Below, one piece after another: positions 1-7,265 of a stretch of 7,265 nt of DNA. The translations under genes were made by a program, and so were the position numbers. How positions within the stretch are numbered: position 1 is the first letter of the stretch; each line of letters starts with the position of its first letter. The notes under the pieces are model-generated. The model was not told where the DNA came from. It worked only from the letters and a program-made list of their open reading frames with translations, and did no database searches. This stretch comes from Paraspadella gotoi (lineage: Eukaryota > Animalia > Chaetognatha): NCBI GenBank assembly GCA_051294375.1, contig CM119264.1:1988874-1996138 (forward strand), in the 5' to 3' direction.

Positions 1-331
1 ACGCAAAATTCTATAATTTCGTTGCTCTTTTGTTGCTCGATGAAACGGCCTCAAGTCTGAAGCCCTCTGTCGTCAGTTTGTGTATCTTTTGTCAGCAAAT
101 TAAGAGCTTCCTAAAATTGAAATGATACTTTATTTTTTATCAATTATATAAACTAATGATTCATTGATTATATTTTTAAACAAACGGAAAAGGGTATTAA
201 TTTATTTATTTCGTTCATTCGTTTAATTAATAAGCTATCCCACCGTCAATGAAATTGACCCAACCAATATGAAGAGTATCCATTCTTTGAATCAAAAAGT
301 TATCTTGCCCCTGATTTTGGACAGGCTATGG

Positions 332-371
332 TGGTTATTGGTTAATTGGTTAATTGGTTACTGGTTAATGG
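332..371. repeat. Short tandem repeat, 5 x TGGTTA(AT), period 7-8 bp
   Basis: tggttat-tggttaat-tggttaat-tggttac-tggttaat-gg, read directly. Confidence 0.9.
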
Positions 372-508
372 CCTCAAACTCATTTACAAGATAATAACCT
401 AGGCGGCCTATGCAAGACTCTCTCACAGTCTCGTTGATTCACTCCCAGAGTTCAAATATCAAATATCAAATTATCTATTAATTTAATAAATGAGCTATCT
501 TGCCATTG

Positions 509-510
<2 letters not shown>

Positions 511-544
<34 letters not shown>
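511..544. repeat. (TC)17 microsatellite
   Basis: Perfect dinucleotide run, read directly. Confidence 0.99.
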
Positions 545-548
<4 letters not shown>

Positions 549-736
549 ACTGCGTCACATAGGCCTTTATTAAATTTATGGATAATCATTATATTGGTTG
601 AATCACTTTCAAAGCGAAGTAAAGGATATCCCAGTTCAGAGAATCACACTTCACCGTGACAATGTTAAAGTGAATGACTTTTTTGACTTCGTGATTTTAT
701 CTTTGATCAATCATCACAACATCACATACTAACTCA

Positions 737-890
737 TTTCTCCCCCCCGCCTCTCCTACCGCCTCTCTCGCGCTCTTCCTCCCCCGTTTCTCGCCCCTCT
801 TCCTGCGCCGTCTCCTCCGCCTCTTCCTTTCCTCTTCCTCGTCTCTCCTCCCGCCTCTTCCTCATCTCCCCTCCACGTTTTCCTTTCTTC
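737..890. repeat. Polypyrimidine low-complexity tract with recurring CTCTTCCT
   Basis: Almost entirely C/T on the + strand. CTCTTCCT occurs at 773, 797, 821, 832 and 855; the first three are 24 bp apart. Confidence 0.9.
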
Positions 891-926
891 ACAAACAGTA
901 GAAAAAATTATTCCCCAAAATCAAAT

Positions 927-1176
927 CACTCTTTTTTTTATTCCTCTTGTGGACCTTTTTTTCTCTGTCTCTCTGTTGAACTCTCACTCGACGCCAGGCA
1001 ATGTTACGAGTCACGAAGAATCGGTAAGTAAACATTTTTTTCGCCGTCGGCTAATTTTTTCATCTTTCGCAGAATTCGGGACGAAAGATTTACCGTCGAT
1101 TGCATAAAGTCGACATTAACCCATTATCCATACGGTTTAATCTCGAATTCGGCGAGCGTCGTAATATATAAATTAA
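927..1176 (+). repeat. Direct repeat, copy 1 (matches 7024-7265)
   Basis: Shared collinear blocks such as ttctctgtctctc, tctcactcga, acgagtcacga, attcgggacgaaagattta, ataaagtcga, attaacccattatccat and atatataaatta. Confidence 0.95.
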
Positions 1177-1516
1177 TGTATAGGAACGAGGGTGTAACAC
1201 GAAACGACAAGTAATTCGTTTTCATGCACAGTAAAGATCACTGCGGTGAAAATGGATTTCACATCCAAGTAAGATCAGCGAAATTCGAAATGATTAAATC
1301 TTTGCAATCAGTCAATCTCTGTTAAATTTCCTATCGCGAGTCGAGCTCAAGTCTCAACAGTTCCCTTAATTATGACATATTACTCTTTTATTCTTTATCC
1401 TAAGTATTTCTAATGGCAGAAGAGCCTATGTAGATAGCCTATCGTATTTTATGCAGAATCTGCCTTGAATACTTCGCCCCACTGCGACGAATCGCTCCCC
1501 CAACAGCCTCCTTATG

Positions 1517-1775
1517 CCCCTTTTCGCTATTTATGGGCTCGTATCACTCGTTTCGCTACGGCTAAATCACTTTCCCTTTTCGGCTACGCTAGCGGTGAAT
1601 CTCTTCTCTCCTTTTTGCTACCTACGGTCGAATCACTCTCCCCCTTTTGCTACGCTTAAGGCGAATCTCTCTCCCCGTTTTGCTACACTAGGTCGAATAC
1701 TCTCTCCCCTTTTGCTCACGCTACGGCAAATCACTCGCCCTTTTTGGCTGCGCTATGGCCAAATCTCATGACTCG
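1517..1775. repeat. Minisatellite, about 8 diverged units of ~33 bp, consensus approximately CCCCTTTTGCTACGCTACGGTCGAATCACTCT
   Basis: Units start near 1517, 1551 (short), 1573, 1609, 1640, 1673, 1706 and 1738. They are contiguous, with no unique spacers. Confidence 0.93.
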
Positions 1776-2480
1776 GTCGCCGCCTTCGCGCTAGCGCTCG
1801 ACTTCTAGATCAATCCACGCCCCTCCCACAACATTCGACGGGCGCTATCCTTTCGGCCCCCCCCCCCCGCACGGCTGCAGCGACGCAACCTTTAATATTT
1901 TAAGACGTCGTCAATTTTTTCCCTTCCTTTTTGCTGTGAAACGTGGACGGAAATCGGGTTCACGAATTGGGTGAATCTTTTTCACGTGATCGTGAATTCG
2001 TTGGAGCGTTATCTGGCCCCGCATCGCGACTGCATCGTGCTCGTAAATAACGGTGAGCCTCGCCGTGGAGTGAGACAATCTGCGTGAAAGATGTGAAATT
2101 TGGGGTAAGAGGAATTAATGGTGATACCGTGAGAGGAGGGGGCTTTGTGTGATTTTGGAGAAAGAGACGGATAAATAAGCGAGAGGTCTTGTAAATTTAG
2201 TAGAAAAAAGAATTTTTCTTACCGATTTCATAATAAATTTTAATTTAATTTGCAACAAGTTTTTTCTCAACGTTATCGGCAGTGATTTTTGATCGAGGAA
2301 TTCAGAAAAAAACCACTTTGTTTTGCAATATTGCTAGAATTATTACCTTCAAATATTGACTTAATTTTGATATCCTAAGACAAAAGTGACTTTCGATTAG
2401 CGGATTATTGAAATACTCTGCTGCATTTTTCTAATCAAAGAATAAATATCATTTTTGTTGCTAACTTTTAATAAAAAAAA

Positions 2481-2520
2481 TTATGTCCATTTTTGTCCGC
2501 ATTTGTCCACTTTTGTCTTC
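2481..2520. repeat. Tandem repeat, 4 x 10 bp (TTTTGTCCAC-like)
   Basis: ttatgtccat-ttttgtccgc-atttgtccac-ttttgtcttc. Confidence 0.8.
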
Positions 2521-3016
2521 GAGATTTGAATAGCCGAAGTATCATTGAAGAAATATTTTTTACCTCCGGCTTTTCGGGTCTTCTTACTTCTTACCTCGAG
2601 TTGGTTCATTTTTAGTTGGTCCTTTATTTGTTTACCTAATGATAATTTTTAATTGACTGTCAAAAACTTACATTTGTTACATTTTATTACAGATTTGGTT
2701 TAAACAAAGAAATAGCTTCAAAAAATGTTTCACAATTCAATAAAATATTCCCTATGAACGGTGCTTCTGGTACCGTTTAAAAAATTAAAGCAAATATTTA
2801 ATACCTTTTGCTGCAAAAAAATTTTTAAAGTCAACTTTTAATTTTGGTGAGGATTTGTGAGGTGGCGTTTTATTTGAACTAACTAAACACGGTTTTAACG
2901 ATCATTTTTGTTTTTAACAAGATGATAAACATTATCTCAGGTTGACAATAAAAAAAAACCCGCCTTCTTTTAATTCGAAAGGGGAAGCGTCAGCACAATT
3001 AATTTCTTCGTCAATG

Positions 3017-3055
3017 CGACAGTTTTGCGGAAAAAATTTCCGCAAAAATCTGTCG
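3017..3055. other. Near-perfect palindrome (17-bp stem, 3-nt loop, one 2-nt bulge)
   Basis: CGACAG (3017-3022) pairs with CTGTCG (3050-3055). TTTTGCGGAAA (3023-3033) pairs with TTTCCGCAAAA (3037-3047). Confidence 0.9.
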
Positions 3056-3252
3056 ATTTTTTAAATCTGCTTGGCAACAAACTTTGAATAAAACATACGG
3101 CTACCTGCGAAGTTTTCGCAAATAATTGGAGAGAAAAGTTTATTTTTGTTTCTCTAAATCAGACGACTTTTATTTTTTGAAACGGACATGTTTCGATTCT
3201 CTTTTTTCGAGTCTTCTGAATTTTATAAGAAATTTTGTCAAACCATTATGAT

Positions 3253-3293
3253 AAGAGGCAGAGAGACGAGAGAGAAGAGAGCAGAGGAGAGAG
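3253..3293. repeat. Imperfect GA-rich purine tract
   Basis: aagaggcagagagacgagagagaagagagcagaggagagag, read directly. Confidence 0.85.
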
Positions 3294-3436
3294 CGTCCAC
3301 GCAAAGAATTGGAGTAATGGATAGTATTGAAGGTGAGTGACAGCTGAAACGGACAGAAGTTTACTGACTGATGTCTAAATATAAATAAAATTTAACGCTT
3401 ATTAATGGGGGCGTTGAAGCATCAAAATACTAACAC

Positions 3437-3520
3437 GAGAGAAAGAGAAAGAAGAGAGAGTCAAGAAGCAAAAGTTCAAAGAATAAAAATTTAAGAAAGA
3501 AATGAAAAAACAAGAAAAAA
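3437..3520. repeat. GA/A-rich low-complexity tract
   Basis: gagagaaagagaaagaagagagag followed by A-rich sequence. Confidence 0.75.
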
Positions 3521-4659
3521 GTTTTCATAACATAAGTGTGCCGATTTTTGCCTAAGTAGTAGTATATCTAAAAAAATCAGAAGATCCATATGAGATTAAT
3601 TTCAATATGGGGCGGGGGTTTTCAAAACTTTAGTCTTGAAGTTTACTTTTTAGGTAAAAAAAGAATTTTTTTAAAAAATTTTCCCGATTTTAATGTTTTA
3701 ATTGTTGCCTAACTTATTACCAATTTACTGTTTTGTCACATTTTTTATTCTTAACTTTTTTTGAATGGATTCTGAACTAGAGCAGTAGTTATTAAATTTT
3801 TCTACGAACAAACTTTCAAAAATATTTTGATGTTTTCTTGGTTAAGAATAAGAAAAAGAGTAAATAAATTATCGAAAATGATGATGATGTGATTATATAT
3901 AGGTTTTTCCATATTTTTTACATCTTATGATCAAATATCGAAAAATAATTATACCTTTGTGTAGAACTTTTTGCAAGCTACCATGATCTGATCTTAATAA
4001 TAAAAAAATCCAAAAATTTTTTACCCTTCCCGCTATTTATAAATAAATATTAAAAATTATTATGGAGTATGGAGTATTATAAAAAATTTGTCTATTCAAT
4101 TTTTTTAAAATGTCAAATTTTCGTTTGATGGCGCAGGTGCCTTATTTTCAATTGTTCTTAACCGACCTTAAGAGTAGGTCTCGCCCTAGCTTAAAAATCG
4201 CGATAGATCTGACACTAATAAAAATTTTTTAGAAATTCTCTTTTTGTTAAAAGTTCCCGCCTTAAACCGTGATATGAAAAAGCTATCGTTTTAAGTTTCC
4301 TTCTTAATTAAGGCTGAATATCCCGCGTAATGTTGGATATGCTTTGAAGAAATAAATGTCTTACCGTATTTTGAAAGCATTAGAAGTTACCTTTCACATT
4401 GTCCTGCGTCGGCGCGGGTTTTGCTGTGAAGGCGTATGAGTTATGTTTGATAAGGAAAGAGTAATACCTAATGCTGAACCCGTTTTTTTTTAAATAAGAG
4501 TGTTTCATATATTATTCAGTGGGGAGGGAAAAGAATATAGTATGTTTAAGTTCAATTTCATTATGAAATACCAAAGCATAAATCACGTGCCTATCACAAG
4601 ATTTTTTTTTGATTTAGAAAGCGATTTTTGAGCATAACAGACATAATAATAATATGTCA

Positions 4660-5090
4660 GATATATTGAAGAGTTGTTGTTTTCCGTTCGTGCCATTCGT
4701 TGCTTTTTATTTTACAAAAAGTATTTGGGCCTTTTCCGCTGAGATGTGTAACAAGACACGTCTTTTTGGTTCTTCCTTCTTCGATCGCTTGTATTTCTTC
4801 ACTCGTGATTTTGCGCGTAACATTGTAAATTCTCTCCCGTTTATTTTTCGTTTGTTTCACGTTATTTATTAAATCATATGAATATCAAGTGCTCTCTTTT
4901 AATTATTATAGGGTGGGCTAATGATTCGCAAGTTTTCAGGAGTTACGTAATAAAGACCGACATGGTGGCATCGGCTTATGTTCGGTCCACGTCTCTTGGT
5001 TTGCTACTGGCTGTATCTGTACCTTAAGTGGGGATGTGGTGCAGTTTTTTCATGAGCTAATTGTTCATATTGATAACGCGATCAATTAAG
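4660..5090 (-). pseudogene. RNase H domain of LINE ORF2 (frameshifted remnant)
   Basis: SVFIT*LL (4960->4937) matches SVFTAELL, with TAA one change from GAA. LIF near 4885 sits at the expected I.SDS position. ILFVK*KATNGTNG (4724->4683) matches I.FVWIKAH.GI.GNE. The upstream connection region EILQ...LTG/VFR...LEPVRLRL (5460->5368) resembles the I-clade TGAFRTSP...LP...R segment. Confidence 0.68.
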
Positions 5091-5669
5091 ATTAATATAC
5101 AGTTTATCTAAGTGGGTGTGTTTCTTTCCACTCTCTCCTTCACATCGCTGTGGGTGGATGTACAGAGCTAGCGATTTGACGGTGGGTCCTTGTTCACCTG
5201 CAAGGCTCGGGGTGGGGAGACCGTTGCTTACTGGCTTGTTGTAGTGGACCGTTCTGTCTGCGGGGAGTGACGAACACAACACTCCGGCTTTCTCAAAGCT
5301 AGCAGGGCGTTGAGCATCTATAACTGCCGTAGTCTGCAACAGTAGACGGAAAACTCCTGCTCGCGTTGAGCCTCAATCTAACTGGCTCGAGGCGGTCGCT
5401 TTGGCGACGTTAAAACCGGAAAACCCCGTTAAAAGAATTCCATGAATACTGTAGGATTTCCGCTGCACATAGCGTGTCGAATTGTTGTTTTTTTTGGCGG
5501 CACTTTTTATATATTATAACCTGCATGTGGGTCTGCGGCGTTTAAATATTTAATAAAAAAAGAATAAATAATATAATACAATCGTTTCGCTTCCTTGCAT
5601 TTTGCCATGCCCATGTTATTGAACGGAGGTCCGCCTTAGGCAGCGGGGGTTTAGATTGGTCCGTTTGCC

Positions 5670-6400
5670 CGTCTGCCAAAGTGACGGGTCGAGTGTTATA
5701 TGATTGGCCCATTAAGCTGTTGGGGGATCGCCGATTTTGCCTCTGCAATGTCGGAGGCCATTGCTCTGGGATGAGTAAGAGTGTGCCGCCTTCCGCCAGA
5801 TTGCCTTCTTTGAGGTGGGATTTAAAAGATGAAAACAATAATAGATCTGGCGCAGTGTCATCACTATATAGAGATGCGGTGACCTTCGCTGGTCTCTGGG
5901 TTTATCTACCTTTCTAGGTGCTTTGTTCACAGTAACCCATTTAAAGGTTGATTGATGATAGTTCCCGTGTCTGCTGGATGAAGTTAAACGGGGTGTCGGG
6001 CCTATTGGGCTCGTATTTCTTATTAGAAACGTAGAGATATTGTGTTAGAGATTTAATGGGTGATAAATAATAAAAGTAATCAATTAGAATTGTAAGTCCA
6101 AAAGAAAATAATAATAACAACGAGGTTACTTTGTTTTGTGTCGTTTATATCGTTGGGTGTTTCTTGGCGTGTTCTCGGTTCAACTGCTCAGATTCAAACT
6201 GATCGGTGCTATTGTAGAGTTGATCCGCGTAGTTCTCGGGCCAGGAATCTTTTGGATTCTATTTCTACTTGCCGCTGTGGATGTAAGGAATAGCGGAGAC
6301 GACCTATCAGGATACTCGCCAATGCAGTTCACAAAATAAAAATAGAATGTGTGAATTTTTAAAGTACTACTATTGTTCGCGGGTATAAGATGTGTCTTGT
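5670..6400 (-). pseudogene. Reverse transcriptase domain of LINE ORF2 (frameshifted remnant)
   Basis: Motifs in order: PLFLTSTA/GK..IE...LAR (from 6296, cf. YRPISLTS..GK..E); DQF...EHA...NDI (from 6204, cf. QFGFR..STEHA...NDI); FLLDLQ (6107->6090, cf. motif A FLDL.KAFD); SPIGPT/FN/..AD (from 6011, cf. QGS.LGP.LFN.Y..D); LYSDDTA (5871->5851, catalytic YxDD); SNGL/IAEAKSAI (5765->5726, cf. NGL.IN..KT); ITLDPSLW (5699->5676, cf. GVTLD..LTW). Parts of the track ORFs 5542..5838 and 5712..5930 are pieces of this domain. Confidence 0.82.
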
Positions 6401-6998
6401 TGACGTGATGTAAACTTTATATTATTTTGATGTCCATTTTTTTTTTTATCATAGAGGATGTAGAGATATGAGATCACAGGCGATGTGTTCGTGTGCTATT
6501 TTGATATATTTTCGGAGTTATTTTTTATGTTTGCGAATTTTATGTTCCTTTATTTCTGTCTTCTGTCGTTCGTATGTAGATAATTCTTGGGCAGCGGTTG
6601 TTCATTGTGTCTTGGTCTATTTTGTGTTTGGCAGTTTTTAGTCAGCAGCGCTCTCGTAGGTTGGCGTTTCTGTCCCGGGACATCCTTGCGGCGGAACGTG
6701 AAACGGTAAAGTTTAAATGTTAGTGTTATCCGGGGGCTGTCGTCCAGAAAATCTAACTAGAGAGTGAAGACGTGTCGCCTGTTCGGTTTAGACTTCGTGG
6801 TTCTTGTTATGTATTTCCCCTGCGGCTCTCGTATTTTTAAATTAAATTTTAGAAGTTTGAAATAATAAAAAAGAATTTTCAGATTTTCCGTACGTAAAGT
6901 TAAATCACATTTTTGTTCTTGTCAGTTTTTGCGTTTCGACAGCCATGTACTGGATCTCGCTGACATACATTCTACTTTCGGAAATGTGCCAGGCGATG

Positions 6999-7023
6999 NN
7001 NNNNNNNNNNNNNNNNNNNNNNN
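6999..7023. other. Assembly gap (25 N)
   Basis: 25 consecutive N, read directly. Confidence 1.
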
Positions 7024-7265
7024 CACTTCATTTTTTTATTCTCTTGTGATTCTTTTTTTCTCTGTCTCTCAGTGAATCTCACTCGAAGGCGGCGAATGTT
7101 CACGAGTCACGAGAATCGGTAGTAAACTTTTTTTTCCCGTCGGCTGATTTTTTTCATTTTCGCCGATTCGGGACGAAAGATTTACAGTCGATTGAATAAA
7201 GTCGAATTAACCCATTATCCATCGGTTAAACTGGATCCGGCGAGCTTCGTATATATAAATTATAA
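7024..7265 (+). repeat. Direct repeat, copy 2 (matches 927-1176); starts right after the gap and runs to the window end
   Basis: Same blocks as 927-1176. Many of the differences are single-base indels. Confidence 0.95.

Larger units (their letters stand above)
4100..6998 (-). mobile_element. Degenerate or error-ridden non-LTR retrotransposon (LINE), I-superfamily-like (APE endonuclease - RT - RNase H - CCHC); 5' part lost in the N gap
   Basis: Collinear ORF2 motif remnants on the minus strand, read across frameshifts. WHISESRMYVSEIQYM (6991->6944) resembles the endonuclease C-terminal W..SDH.YI motif. FWTT (6749->6738) resembles PWW. RT motifs lie at about 6300-5670, RNase H motifs at about 5090-4680, and CFQNTVRHLFLQS (4379->4341) resembles the C..ET..HL...C knuckle. 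The coding strand is A/C-rich. The 3' end is approximate: GCGCCATCAAAC followed by A7 at 4106->4100. Confidence 0.8.

Noticed and set aside
405-565. MITE bounded by GGCCTATG / CATAGGCC
   Set aside because: Only 8 bp of inverted match and no target-site duplication.
1465-1771. Track ORFs 1465..1659 and 1514..1771 as genes
   Set aside because: Both are translations of the minisatellite, with repetitive peptides and no recognisable domain.
1517-1775. CRISPR array (repeat unit ~33 bp)
   Set aside because: The units are contiguous and diverged, with no unique spacers and no cas genes. The context looks eukaryotic.
3555-3620. Polinton/Maverick terminus (AGTAGTAGT followed by a GC box)
   Set aside because: There is no matching inverted terminus in the window and no integrase, ATPase or capsid motif. 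The downstream coding remnants are explained by the LINE.
4078-4429. + strand TATA, ATG at 4110 and a CWICFEE (RING-like) peptide at 4331
   Set aside because: The ORF stops after 40 codons, CWIC is in another frame without the remaining ligands, and the region is antisense to the LINE 3' end.
4975-5075. Densovirus capsid-like peptide (PLKVQIQPVANQETWTE) on the minus strand
   Set aside because: A single weak resemblance that falls inside the RNase H region. No NS1 or PLA2 motifs are present.
5440-5885. Family-B DNA polymerase-like strings on the minus strand (VTASLY, NSLMG, YSIH)
   Set aside because: The spacing is too short, the catalytic aspartates are missing, and the RT reading (LYSDDTA with flanking motifs) fits far better.
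4654-6339. Track ORFs in 4654-6339 as independent small genes
   Set aside because: The + strand ORFs are antisense shadows of the LINE. The - strand ORFs are mixed-frame fragments of ORF2, all with non-ATG starts.
5521-6885. T-rich minus-strand stretches as introns of a spliced host gene
   Set aside because: The donor sites are weak, and several stretches coincide with hydrophobic ORF2 segments such as FLLDLQ.
927-7265. LTR retrotransposon bounded by the two direct repeats
   Set aside because: No TG...CA ends, PBS or PPT were seen, the internal RT is non-LTR type, and copy 2 begins exactly at an assembly gap.

Overview
AT-rich, probably eukaryotic nuclear DNA (insect-like by inference) with no intact protein-coding gene and a 25-N gap at 6999-7023. 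The main feature is a minus-strand, heavily frameshifted non-LTR retrotransposon (LINE) ORF2 from about 4100 to the gap. The ORF track misses it because it appears only as short fragments. Reading across frame changes gives, in the expected order: the end of an APE endonuclease, the reverse-transcriptase motifs (including LYSDDTA), an RNase H domain and a CCHC remnant. This architecture fits the I superfamily (I/Nimb/Ingi/LOA-like). The left half is non-coding. It holds a (TC)17 microsatellite, a polypyrimidine tract, a ~33-bp minisatellite of about 8 units ending in a GC palindrome plus CTAG (Helitron-like), a faint inverted homology flanking that array, and a 17-bp-stem palindrome. The 242 bp after the gap are an indel-rich direct copy of 927-1176, most simply a gap-fill artefact. 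All alignments and motif matches were made by eye.
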